Part shown: positions 1 through 11,974 of the stretch, piece after piece | Numbering within the stretch: the first letter of the stretch is position 1 | How the letters are laid out: each line of letters starts with the position of its first letter | Assembly: GCA_965112735.1 (NCBI GenBank) | Contig: OZ218952.1 | Span: forward strand, 1,054,001 to 1,118,000 | Direction: 5' to 3' | DNA length: 64,000 bases | Source: Phaeosaccion multiseriatum | Lineage: Eukaryota; Protista; Ochrophyta, other classes | Translations under genes and position numbers: made by a program | The notes under the pieces: model-generated | Told to the model about the DNA's origin: nothing | Databases searched by the model: none | Seen by the model: the letters and a program-made list of their open reading frames with translations, nothing else

Positions 1-261
1 GATGAGCAGAGGAGCCAAGGTCTTTCTGGCCTGAGGAGCGTTGTACACGTTGCTTTTATCTTCAGCAGTAGAGACATTGTTCTTATGAATGGGTCCTTGG
101 GAGGAAAAGGGACTAGAGAGGGGAAGGTGAGCAAAGAGCAGCCTCAGAAGCGGTAATTGTGGGGTGGGTCCGACCTGATGGAAAAAACATTACTTTTATG
201 CAGCCGCCTTCTTCAAATTCCCCCCTCCCCCAAGATTCACACTCTTTCTCTAACAGGAGCC

Positions 262-1277
262 ATGCTCTCCCGCGTGTGCCAAGTGCTGTGTGCTGCTCTT
301 GTGTGCCTGGCATTGGGAGGCTACACGGCTTGCGCCTTCCTCGTGTGCACTCCACATATGGTCATCGAAAGCACAAGAGGGGGGACGGCCCTTGGAGCAA
401 GTAGCAGTAGCAGCAGCAGGGCCAGCTTCCTTAGGAAAGCGCTCACTACTACTTTGACTACCGCGACGCTGGCATCTGCTGTTGCCGCGCAAGCCGATGA
501 GTATGGCCCGGGGCCGGGCCCGCCCAAGCTGGAAAAGAACCCGGGAGATGTGTGTGTGGTGAGTGTTCCACTCCTCCATACCCCGAACACTCTGGCTTTC
601 TCAGCACCTTCCTCTCTCTCTCTCCCTCTCCCCATCGATTTCTCTCTCTATCCTCTTGTCTCTTTCTCTTTCTCTCCCCTCTCCCTCTCACGCTCTCTCT
701 CCCCTCCTCTCTCCCTCTCCCTCTCCCTCTCCTTTTCCCTGTCCCTCTCCTGTCCAGCGGCGGGCCCTGAATGGGATTTGCGAAGAGTATGGCATGGCAC
801 CCCAACCAGCAGTGGCAGAAGAAGATGAGGCAGCCAAAACACTGAGAGAGAAGGCCGAGAAGGCCAAAGCGGTGAGCAAAATCGACGGCGCAGATACGAG
901 CGACCTCATTACAAAGCTCAAGAAGCAAACGGAGGACAATAAAGCCAAGAACAACGCTGACATTGAGCAGAAAACTTTTTTGAACAATCAGGCGGGCGAG
1001 TTCGGGTGAGTGAGTGAGTGAGTGAGTGGGCGCGTGCGTGCGCTCCGGGAGGAACGGGGGGTCGAGGCGGGCACCTTGAAGTGGGCCGGGAGGGGAAGGG
1101 ACATCTCTCCTCTTCTTCTTGCATGTACGTGTATGCCTAAATGTATCGTGACATCATCCGTCTTCACCTGTTACTGCTGCTACTGCTGCGTGGAGTGTGT
1201 GCTCTTGGTTGGCCCCTTTGGCGTGCCTCTTTTCTCTTACCCCTCCCGCACCTCTCGCCGCGTTGTTGTTTTTTGTG

Positions 1278-1329
<52 letters not shown>

Positions 1330-1516
1330 GTGCGTGTGTGTCTGTGTCTGTCTGTGTGTGTGTGTGTGTGTCCCGCTACGTAACAGACCCTTCAGTAGGT
1401 ATGTTCCGGTGAAGCACCCCAACAGTGCGGACTACGAACTCGTCATGATCCGCGACCTCGGCAGGCTCCAGGACGAGGGGAAGATCGACAAGTCGGGGAA
1501 GTACTTCGTCGAGTAG
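262..1516 (+). CDS. Plastid/thylakoid-lumen-targeted hypothetical protein, 3 exons (262-558, 758-1005, 1387-1516)
   Basis: Signal peptide ending TACA-F (ASAFAP-like), then a Ser-rich transit peptide, then SRASFL...LASAVAAQA resembling a lumen transfer peptide. GT-AG junctions join in frame (PGDVCV|RRALNG...GEFG|PFSRY). Confidence 0.75.
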
Positions 1517-2508
1517 CCTCGAGTAGGCTCAGTGTCAAGCAGAGCAGTAGGCTCAATGTCAAGCAGAGCGAGGCGTGTGGGGTTGAGGGGGTGGGGTGTC
1601 GGGGGCTGTGGGGACACATAAGTACGTTAAGCCCACCCTACCCTCTCTGTATACAGAGGCGGGGAGGGGCGGGGAGGGGCGGAGCGCCTCTCGAGCGAGA
1701 GTGCGGTGACGGCTGTGGGATCATCCCGAAGCAGAGCCAGAGGAGCGAGGTTGGTTGGCTTGCAAGCATGGAGAGGAGGAGCGAACGAGGCACTTTAGTT
1801 TGTAGGGCGACGCAGGAAGTCAGGAAGGACCCATCAAGCGAGCGAGGCTCTGCAGCTTACCCTTGGCGGGTAGGGCAAAGTTCGCTGCTGCGGTGGGCGC
1901 TGTGATGGAAAGCGGCAGTCTCTTGCTGAGTTGAGTTGAGTTGGTAGATTGATTGGTTGATTGATTGATTGACCCAACGAGGGGCCTTGGTCACGCCGCG
2001 GAGATTGGAAATGAGTCCAGAGGACATCCACTGAGGAGAGAGAGAAAGTATATATTGACTTAATAGGATCGGCCCCTGACATGCTTCTGAGACAGGCCAG
2101 CCCAGAAGCAGGAACCTGGCCCGCTGGCGAGGCTTGGCAGAGCAGCCTTGGCCCTCATCATTGCCTTATTACATGGCTTTCCCCCAGAACCTGGAGCCTG
2201 CCTGGCTGGTCAGGAAGGGCCGAGAGTAAGTAATACTACGAAGTAAAAGAAACAAAAGAAAGAAGAAAGAGGCGAATATCTTAAACTCAAATTTGATTTT
2301 GAAATTCGCGCGCATCGCATCCGATCGCAACCGCGCTTTCCCTCCCTCCCTTTCGACTACTCCCTCCTCCTGTGCTTCTTATGCTCCTCCACTGCCACAC
2401 TTACACTCGCTTTTAAGAAATGACCCCTTCCTTCGACCTGGAGCGTGAATAGTGTATCTCGTTGGGGGGGGAGAGGAGGGAAGGGAGAACAAACAGGCCG
2501 GGGAAGCC

Positions 2509-5500
2509 ATGGACCGGCATCAGAAGAAGCAGCAGCCGCAGCCGCCACCTAATGCGTTTTCAGTACTGCGCGCTGGAAGCTTAAAGCAGCAGCAGGGAGG
2601 GTTAAAGAGGGCCCGCTCCGAGCGGGGTCGCGGCAACAACCCCAAAGCCAAGGAGTCCCTATCCTGCTGTCCTGTGTGCTCTCGCAGCATACCACACAGC
2701 TACATGAATGAGCACCTCGATATGGAGTGTAGTGGTCTAAGCAGCAACTCACAGTCTCAGCAATCATCGCAGTCATCGCAGGCCCCCCCGCTAACCCCGA
2801 CTCAGCTTGAGGTAGACCTCTCGTGGACAGGTCCTTCTGGGCCTTTGTCCCAGCTGTCTACCCCTGGCAGCAGGAGAAGCAGCGGCGGCAGCAGTACTTG
2901 TAGTGGCGGCGGCGGGAGCAGCAGAGTCTCTATGCCCATGTCGACCTTCCAGGCTTGTCCTATTTGCGAGAAGGTGATACCCCTTCATCGGCTTGATCAT
3001 CATTTGGAGTTTGACAACTGTGAGCACGAGCAGGCCCAAAGGAAGCAGCGCCAACAGCAGGCGGAGCAACTGCTGGAGTTACAGCAAGCGCAAGCTTTAT
3101 ATGATCGAGAGGAGGAGGAGAGGACGAACAACAGCAGGACGAAGAAAAAGAAGGACGTGGAGAAGGAGGAGGCGGCGGCGGCGGACAAGCACAAAGAAGA
3201 CGAGCAGCAGACGGACACGTCTGAGGGTAGTAGGGCAGAAACAGACACCATAGTCATCGACGCTGACGACGACGACGACGACGACGACGACGGTATGGAA
3301 TCACCAGCCAAGCAGCCGGGGCCACAACAGCAGCAGGCGCTGAGTGAGACGACGCAAGTGGGAGGAGAGATGGAGGGTGATCGTGCGATGATGTGCGAGA
3401 CACAGCTGGATGTGGATACGCAGCGAGAAGAGCAGGTAACGAGGGATGTCGGCGGCGGGATGGATGTAGAACACGCCAAGGAGGGCGAGGAGAGCGGAGA
3501 GAGCGACGAGGAAGGGCGGGAGGAGAGGGCGTCTGTTGAAGAGATGACATCGACACAGCTGCAGCAGCAAGGGGAGGGAGAGCCACAAATCGGTGAGGAG
3601 CTGGGGAGCGAGGCTTCGAAGAGCCCTTTGGAGAGAGGGGAGGGAGGCCAAGGCCGAGGGCCTCGCCAGCAGGCCACACAGGAGCAATCCCCGCCGCCGC
3701 AGCAGCAGCATCAGAGGCCTCCACCCACCCCTTTAGGTCCATCTTCATCATCCTCCTCCTCATCGAGTGCGGGAGCAGGAGGCGTCGGAGATGCGTCGAA
3801 GAAGAAGAGCGCCCCGTCGTCGTCGAAGCCTACCAACGCCTTCAAGCACCTCATGAATGCCTCGGAGCGCGTCAGCTACAAGGAGGAGTTTTGGCTATTG
3901 CAGCACAATGACGGCAGCCTCTCTGTGGGGTGGCGACCCCTGCCATCCAGAAAGACCTTCGACAGCAACGGCAAGCGACCGCCCACCTTCAGCGCTCCGG
4001 ACCCTGCGGCGTGGCCGAGGGCGTGGACGGCCACGGTGAGTCTGGAGGACAAAGAGAGGCGAGCGAAGGTGAAGGTGGGACAGTGTGTGCTCTGGACCAA
4101 CATGCTCTCTCATTCCAACGAAGGTGCGGCAGGAGGGGGGGGAGGAGGGCTGGGGGGGGGGAAGGGCAGCAAGCATCCCAAGCCGAAGGGCACGAAGGGC
4201 AGTGTGGAGGCCTCCTTCCCTCGACGCAGCCTGTCCTCCCTCAGTGTCCCCGAAGTGAAGTCGATGCTGCAAAAGGCCGTAAGGAGGGGAAGGGCCGAGG
4301 CGGCCAGTCGCTGTGCGCTCGAGCTCATGCTGAAGAACCAACACGGCAACACGGACGGCAACAACGGGGGGGGCGGGGACGGCTGGGAGCAGCTCGTGCG
4401 CAGGTTGTTGGTCATCTGCCTGGAGGACTCTCTTTTGCACCCTGCCCTGGGCATCCTCACGTGGCTGATGGTAGCGGCAACCAAGGGCTGGAGTCCTCCT
4501 CCGGCGGTGGTGGGTGCGTGTCTGTGCATCGTCTATGAGATGGCCTCGTGCCCGCTGCAAGACCCCCTCTCCGACCCCATCTCCAAGACTTCCACTCCCA
4601 CCCCTGCACCACCCACCACCACTTCAACTTCAACTTCAAGCACTCCCCTCGGCAAAGAGAAGGCTGCGACCACCACCACCAGTAGCAGCAGCAGCAGCAG
4701 CAGCAGCAGCACCAACACCAGCAGCACTGGCATCACTAGCAGCTGCACCAGTACCACCACCACCAGCAGCAGCAGCAGTAGCAGCTCTGCTTCGACACCA
4801 GGCCCTCTACCCCAAGACCTGGCCTCTCTACCCATGAGCCTAGCAGTGCTGTGTCGCTCGTTGCTCTTTCGAGCCAACTACGGCGGCATGCCCTGCGACG
4901 TGACCATGCTAAGATGTTACACCAAGCTGTGGCACACCCGCTTCGTCGAGGCCCAGAACCGCCACTGCTCAGCGGTTGGTGATACAGCAGCAGCAGCAGG
5001 CTCCTCCTCGCGCTTTATGGCGGCAGCGGCGGCGACGGCGGCGGTGGGCAGCCTCAAGGCGGATTCGAACAGGAGGAGTCCGCCGCCTTTTGCGTACCTC
5101 CACAGGTCCTGCAGATGGCAGAGAGAGAACACTGGTAGACCCAACAGTAGCAGCAGCAGCGGTAGTGACAGGAGCGGTACCCACAGCTGGCTGGCGTTGC
5201 TGGAGCAGGCACACTCTGGCTGCGGCATGCCCTTCACTCTACTGAGAGAGCTCATGCGGCATGTGAAGGGCTTCCAAGTCACTGGAGAAATGCCTTCCGA
5301 TAACGGGGAGAGGGACAGCAGACGCAATAGCAGCAGCAGCAGCAGCAACAGCAGCAATCTGAGTAGTGCCGGTGGGAGAGGAGGAAGCAGCAACGGGTGC
5401 AGCGTTAACGTGCTTCCGTCGCCGCCCACTCAGCCGGTGTTGAGGAGCGTCGCCGATGCCCTCCCGGCCGGACTTGATTTCCATTGCTCCAAGGTGGTTG

Positions 5501-5913
5501 ATGGCGTGCTTGGTGTTGCAGGAATGGCGCAGGCCGTGAGGGAGGCGGTGCGTACAACAACAGAGGCGGTGCAAACAAACCGAGCACCGGCCCAGGGGCT
5601 GTTGCGGTCACTGCCGCCATTGGAGAGCAAAGCTGCGGTGATACAGGTGGTGCAGAAGGCCATGTGGACTTTCCGCTCCTCGCTCAACTTCCGCAAGAAG
5701 CTGATGGTGATGGTGGGGGTGGTTCCGGCGGCGGTGCAGAAGGAGGAGGAGGAGGAGGGGGGGGAGGAGGAGGCGGCGGCGGCGGAGGTGGCGGGGGGAG
5801 AGGGTCTTGAGAGGAAGGTGCTCCTGGCGGCGTGGAGAGTGGTGTCCAGGCAGGTGGAGAGCAGCACCGCGGCCTCTGTGAGGGCCAAGCTCAACCCTTC
5901 GGCGCGGCGGTAG
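2509..5913 (+). CDS. Intronless protein with two UBZ4-type zinc fingers and an MgsA/WRNIP1 C-terminal-like helical domain
   Basis: CPVCSRSIPHSYMNEHLDMEC and CPICEKVIPLHRLDHHLEFDNC (CxxC...HL..C); VKSMLQKAVRRG...WEQLVRRLLVICLEDSLLHP resembles the SAxxKSxRG...RRLxxxAxED motif. First ATG at 2509. Confidence 0.75.
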   Translation: MDRHQKKQQPQPPPNAFSVLRAGSLKQQQGGLKRARSERGRGNNPKAKESLSCCPVCSRSIPHSYMNEHLDMECSGLSSNSQSQQSSQSSQAPPLTPTQLEVDLSWTGPSGPLSQLSTPGSRRSSGGSSTCSGGGGSSRVSMPMSTFQACPICEKVIPLHRLDHHLEFDNCEHEQAQRKQRQQQAEQLLELQQAQALYDREEEERTNNSRTKKKKDVEKEEAAAADKHKEDEQQTDTSEGSRAETDTIVIDADDDDDDDDDGMESPAKQPGPQQQQALSETTQVGGEMEGDRAMMCETQLDVDTQREEQVTRDVGGGMDVEHAKEGEESGESDEEGREERASVEEMTSTQLQQQGEGEPQIGEELGSEASKSPLERGEGGQGRGPRQQATQEQSPPPQQQHQRPPPTPLGPSSSSSSSSSAGAGGVGDASKKKSAPSSSKPTNAFKHLMNASERVSYKEEFWLLQHNDGSLSVGWRPLPSRKTFDSNGKRPPTFSAPDPAAWPRAWTATVSLEDKERRAKVKVGQCVLWTNMLSHSNEGAAGGGGGGLGGGKGSKHPKPKGTKGSVEASFPRRSLSSLSVPEVKSMLQKAVRRGRAEAASRCALELMLKNQHGNTDGNNGGGGDGWEQLVRRLLVICLEDSLLHPALGILTWLMVAATKGWSPPPAVVGACLCIVYEMASCPLQDPLSDPISKTSTPTPAPPTTTSTSTSSTPLGKEKAATTTTSSSSSSSSSSTNTSSTGITSSCTSTTTTSSSSSSSSASTPGPLPQDLASLPMSLAVLCRSLLFRANYGGMPCDVTMLRCYTKLWHTRFVEAQNRHCSAVGDTAAAAGSSSRFMAAAAATAAVGSLKADSNRRSPPPFAYLHRSCRWQRENTGRPNSSSSSGSDRSGTHSWLALLEQAHSGCGMPFTLLRELMRHVKGFQVTGEMPSDNGERDSRRNSSSSSSNSSNLSSAGGRGGSSNGCSVNVLPSPPTQPVLRSVADALPAGLDFHCSKVVDGVLGVAGMAQAVREAVRTTTEAVQTNRAPAQGLLRSLPPLESKAAVIQVVQKAMWTFRSSLNFRKKLMVMVGVVPAAVQKEEEEEGGEEEAAAAEVAGGEGLERKVLLAAWRVVSRQVESSTAASVRAKLNPSARR

Positions 5914-6186
5914 CTACAATAGAGCATGAGAGTGCGATTTAGACATTACGGAGAGCAAAAACTTTTTGTTGACTTTTAGGAACCAACCTCAGATGTCCAT
6001 AACGAGCCTACAGAGAAACGTGAACATATGTGTGTTCGTGTGTGTGTGAGAGAGAGAGTGACAGAGAGGGAGAGAGACGAGACGTCGAGAGAGGAGGGGA
6101 TATATTTTATTGACTTAAACACCTAAGAAACTGAAAGTGTAAGTGTGTGTTGTCTCCGGGGCCCTCGAGTCGACCCCTGACGCACT

Positions 6187-6242
6187 ATCCGCTATCCGCT
6201 ACAGTTGTATCCGCTACAGTTGTATCCGCTATATCCGCTATC
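6187..6242. repeat. Short tandem repeat (TATCCGCTACAGTTG-like) upstream of the ABCA gene
   Basis: TATCCGC occurs 5 times, including two 15-bp units. Confidence 0.7.
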
Positions 6243-6483
6243 GAGAATGTGGGCGGTGGGCGAAGGGGTGCGTCAGGGGTCGAATCAGGGAGGAGCGCTC
6301 TGGCCATCTGTGATTTGATCCGTTCCCTTTTCTTTTTTCTTTCTGTGTGAACTTTCTTCAAGCGCGCTCGCTCTTTCTTTCGCTCTTTCTCTTCCTTGGG
6401 TGTGAACTTGTCTTCTACAACCTTGGCCTACTTTTTATGCAGGCCAGGGCCGCGTGGCGAATAGCCCGTCCAACCCTAGCCCA

Positions 6484-7432
6484 ATGCTCGATGAATCTCT
6501 CTCCGGCCCCCTCGCCGCCAGCAAGCGGGAGGAGGGGGGAAACAACGACATGCGTTCTGTCTCGAAAGTTCGCTGCTTTCTTGCCCTCATGAACAAGAAC
6601 TTCCAGCTGAAGCGCAAGAGTCCTTGGGTCTGTTGTTGCGAGCTCCTCCTCCCAGGTAAGGAAGAACCTCCCGCATCACCTTTTCCCTTTTCCTCTGCCG
6701 TCCATGCAACTGCTGCCCAAAATATCCCTCCCCCCCCTCCTCACACATGCTCCCATGCACCACGGTCTCCTGCTGTCTTCCCAATCCGGAACCCGTCTCT
6801 CTCGTGCCATGCCGGCAACCTATTTTCTTCCTCCGCACTCACGTCACATCACATATATCCTCTCTCCGCCCTGTCAGGTCCGGCCCTGAAGCTCACCCCC
6901 CCCCCTTTATCTCCCCCTCTCTCACCCCGACCCCCCTTTTTCGCTCAAGTCCTGGCGCTATTGCTGCTTGGCGTGGTGGCCCCAAGTGACGAGCTTGTGC
7001 TGGAGAGTGTGCCCACCCAGTCCTTTGAGGTGCCCTCCTTTTCGTATTTGATGGGCCAGAGCAGGCCAGGCGAGAACATGCTGTGCTTCGACAACAGCCT
7101 GATGTACCGATGTGGATGTCACGTTTCCTCCGACGGTACGACGCGCAGCAGACAAGGGCGCGGCACACACACACAAGTACACAAGCAAAATACACATACA
7201 CACACGAACACGCACACACGCACGCACACACACACATACGCACACACACACAAGCACACAAGTATATACATAAACATACACATGCACACACACACACGAA
7301 CGCACACCACGCACGCACGCACGCACACACACGCACGCACACACACACTCACATACACACAAACAGGTGTCATGTGTAGCTCCGTGTCTTGCCCCGTTGC
7401 CCAGCCAGGCTCTGTATGACCAACACCTCCAC

Positions 7433-7471
<39 letters not shown>

Positions 7472-9108
7472 CGTTCTTGTGTGTACGGGCATGCATACGT
7501 GCGTGCGTGCGTGAATGGCCCTCCCTTCCTCAGATTGGTCCATTCCGGACGTGTATATCACAAACGGCATGAACCACACGGTGGTGGAATTGTGGACAAC
7601 CTCCCACTCGGGCGGGCTGCTGCGAGAGTTCTGCTTCCAGATGTGGGGCGGAATCTTGCAGGGGAAGGAGACACAGGATGAGGTGGAGGTACCAGAGTTA
7701 CTCTCATCTGCAGGAGTCTCGGGTGCGTGTTGTGGCATGTGTGCGTGCGTGTGATGTGGGGGCGGGGGGTGTGCGTGTGGTCCTTGAACGAAAGCGAGGG
7801 GTTGGCAAGGGGGGGGGGAGAGAAAGGAGAGCCAGAAGGGAGGAGTGGAGAGGAGACAAGAGGGGTGGAGAGCGAGGAGGAAAGGAGGGCGAGAGCGAGA
7901 GGAGAGGGAGAGAGCGCGCGCGCGAGAGAGAGAGAGCGGGAGAAAAGGCGAGGAGTGGGAGAGGACATGAGAGAGGTGGAGCTCAGCGATTCGATTCCAG
8001 TCATTTCGCTCTCAAGGGGGCCACCGCCACGCCCAGACCCGTAGAGGAGCTGAGGGGGGGGAGAGTGGGGGATGGTGGCAGATGGGAGGGATTGCACTTA
8101 GATGAGGGGCCTTCCTCCGCTTGGGAGTGTCGCTTCAGCTGTAGTTGCGGATCCGGTATTGACCCCCGCCCCCCCCTCTTCTCCCTCCCTCCCTCCCCTC
8201 CCCTCCCCTCCCCTCCCCTCCCCTCCCCTCCCCTGCCTGCCCCTCCTCGTCCTCGCAGCCTGCGACATCGTCCAAGACGTGACGGACTTTTGCCCTCCAT
8301 TCACCACCGCGATGAATGGCCTCATTGCCGATTGCGGCGCGGAAGTGTCAACAGAAACGGATCCATCTCTGTTGGATGCACGCATCAATACCTTCATTCA
8401 AACCTACGGAAGCGCTGCCGTCATTCCAGAGGAGAGCGTGGAAGACGTGTGTTCACAGCAACTAATTGCGCTTATGCCCTACAAAGAGGACTGCGAGGGA
8501 GATGACGCCTGTGAGGTGAGGGGAGAGAGAGGGGAGGAGGGCAGAGTAGGGAGAGAGGAGAGGAGGGCAGAGTAGGGAGAGAGGAGAGAGGGTAAAGAAA
8601 GTAGAGAGGGTTGAAGGGGGGTGTAGAGAGGGGATGGTAGACATGTGGTTACGCACTTGCTACTACTTCCAATTCCTTCTCACTTCCACTAAACCTATCC
8701 TATGACTGCTTCCACTACTCCTGCCCTGCAATCCACACACGACACACACACATATACACGCACGCACACGCACACGCACCACACACATGCGCGCACACAC
8801 ACACACACGACACACACCACCCCCCACACGCACACACATACAAACACCCACAGGCTGCCAAGGGCTTTGCAGCCTTCCTCTCCTCCGAGGAACCCGACGT
8901 TGCTTCACACCTCCGAACGTACAGCTCGGAGGCGGAGTTCAATGCTTACGTGGACCTGAAAGACTACTCCCAAGGCCCTAACTTCGACCTCTACTCGGCT
9001 GCTGTGGTATTCAATCAAGGCTCGGCGGAGTCTCCTCAGTGGGATTACACCCTTCGTCTCAACTACACGCACGCGGCCTTCGAGGACGACTCTGGTACGC
9101 GCGTGTGT

Positions 9109-9146
<38 letters not shown>

Positions 9147-11922
9147 GTGCGTGTGTGTGTGAGGGAGGGTGTGTGTGTGCGTGTGTGAGTGTTTGTGTGT
9201 GTGTTTGTGCGGATGTGTGGCGTTGCTGACGCTCTGCTACTCCTTCCCCTCCTTTCCCTCCCACTGTTCCCTCCCTCCCTCCCTCCCTCCCTCCCTCCCC
9301 CCCCTCTCCCTCCTCCTCCCCTCCTGACCCTCCTTACCCTCCCTCCCTCCTCCTCCTCCTCCTCCTCCTCCTCCTCCTCCCCTCCTTACCCTCCCTCCCT
9401 CCTCCTCTCCCTCCAGGCTACTACGACCGAAACGTCCCCTCAACACAGCAAACGTTCGACATCGCTCTCCGCTATGCCGCGGACACGCAATCCTCCGACG
9501 ATGGGACGGGGTTCCATCCCGCTGCGCAGTCGTACTATATCAGTGGAGCGCTCACTTTGCAGCAGGCGGTGGATCAGTTCGTCGTGTATGAGAGCAGCGG
9601 AAACACCGTCCGAGGCACTCCCACGTATCGGGTACGTCAAACCCTTATTTACGTAATAACCAATAACCCTTTCGTCCACCATCCCTCCTCTTGAAATTTC
9701 GTACTGCCCACCCACCCACCCACCCACCCACCCCCTCCACACACCACACTACCCTACAAGTCAACAAAAACCACTGCTCTCTCTCTGCTCTCTTGTTGTA
9801 CCCACCCACCCACCCACCCACCACACATCCATGACAGATCTCGGACTTCCCGAACGCGGAATACTCTTCCAACACATTTTGGGCCTCTGTAGGGACCTTT
9901 TTCGCCATCTTGCTCACCCTCGTTCTCATCTACCCCGTCATGAACGTCATCAAGAGCCTGGTACGTGGTGTGTGGCTGTTGAAAGAACGCGTTTTTTGTT
10001 GACATAGACAGGGGTAGAGAGATCGGTGACTGGCAGTCTAGCGTTAAAGCGTCAGCAAGAGCCTCGTATGTGTTGTGTTGTTAACGCGTATGTTAACGCA
10101 TGTTGACGCACCTGTTGAGGGAGGGATGCTTGTTGAGGCTTGATCAGAAGTACTTCGTAGCACACCGGATGACGCTGGAGCAGGATCAATAAGAGGTGTC
10201 AGTCTAAGCGAAGGCGCGCCGCTCGCTCTTTTACTCTGAACTCCTTTTTTCTCTCTCCCTCTCTCTCTCTCTCTCTTCATCAGGTGTGGGAGAAGGAGAC
10301 GAAGATCAAAGAGGGCATGCTGCAAATGGGCCTCAGTTCTGGAGTGTACACGGCCAGCTGGGTGGCGTGGTTCACACTCGTGTGGTTCTTCCTGGCCGCC
10401 ATCATGACCACTGTGGGTGCAGGCATCTTCGAGAACAGCAGCAAGGTAAGGTGTAAGGTACAAACTACCGAAGTACGATATCGTATCATCATATTAAGAT
10501 TGCATCCTTTGAGGCCGGCACCTCACCCCAATCCTTTCATTCTTACATTCATACTCTCTCTCCCTCTCCCCCCCTCCTTCTCTCGCTCGCTCCATCCCTC
10601 CCTCCCTCCTTTCCCCCCTCCCTCTCTCCCATTAGGTGCTGGTGTTCCTATGGTTCTTCTTCTTCTTGGAAGCTGTGCTTGCACTGTGCTTCTTTGTGAG
10701 CACATTCTTTTCCCGCGCAAAGTCTGCCGCCACCTACGGAGCCCTCATCTTCTTCATGACTTGTAAGCTTACGTAATGTTATCGTGTACCTATGCCAGAG
10801 AGCACATGCCTGCACCAGCATACCTGCCTCTCTGCCTACTTGCCCATATGCCTGCCCATATGCATGCCCGCCCATATACATACCTAAGCTCTCAACGCCC
10901 ACCTCCACTCCCCCCCCCCCATCCTCTCCTCCTCCTCCTCCTCCTCCTCCTCCTCCTCCTCCTCCTCCTCCTCCACCACCCCCCACCCCCCACTCACACA
11001 ACAACAAAAAAACAGTGCTCCCGTACTTCTCGGTGACGTCAGACTCTTCCGCCTCCACCCTCCAAGCTTGCTGCCTCGTCCCCACCTCCTGCTTCGCCAT
11101 CGGCACCATCCCCCTCGCGGAGTTTGAAGACGCCGGCCTGGGCATTACTCAAGACACCGTGGGGGATGTGGGAGAAAGCAACATCTCCTTCAGCACCGTC
11201 CTCCAGTACTTGCTGATTGATATGGTGATATATTCACTGCTGGCGTGGTATGCCCAGAAAGTGGTCCCCTCGGAGTGGGGTACGAGTCTGCGCTGGTACT
11301 TCCCCTTCCAGGTGGGTGGGTCAGTGTGGTGGGGGTATTATGTACAAGGGTGTGTGTAGTATGTCAATGGGCGAGTGAGTGAGTGAGTGACTGACTGACT
11401 GATTGATTGACTGACCGACCAACCCCCTTCCCTGCCCGTACACCTCTACCCTACCCTGACACCTCTACCCTACCCTGACACCTCTAGCCTACCCTGACAC
11501 CTCTACCCTAACCTGACACCTCTACCCTACCCTGACACCTCTACCCTACCCTGACACCTTTACCCTACCCTGACACCTTTACCCTACCCTGGCACCTCTA
11601 CCCTACCCTGACACCTCTACCCTACCCTGACACCTCTACCCTACCCTGACACCTCTACCCTACCCTGACACCTCTACCCTACCCTGACACCTCTACCCTA
11701 CCCGTACACCTCTACCCTACCTTGACACCTTTACTCCCCCTCCCCCTCTCCCTCCCCCTCCCCCTCCCTCCCCCTCCCCCAGGCTTCGTACTGGTGCCCC
11801 AAGCGCACCGCCCGGCAGAGCCTCGACACGATGAGAAGCGAGGTAAGGAAGGAATTACGTATGCTGACTGACTCCGGAGGAATCAACCAAAGAATTAATT
11901 ATTGCGTAATTGTGTCCGAGTG

Positions 11923-11974
<52 letters not shown>

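Noticed and set aside
1-77. Possible start of a minus-strand gene (MSLLLKIKATCTTLLRPERPW...)
   Set aside because: Too short and truncated by the window edge, with no recognisable homology.
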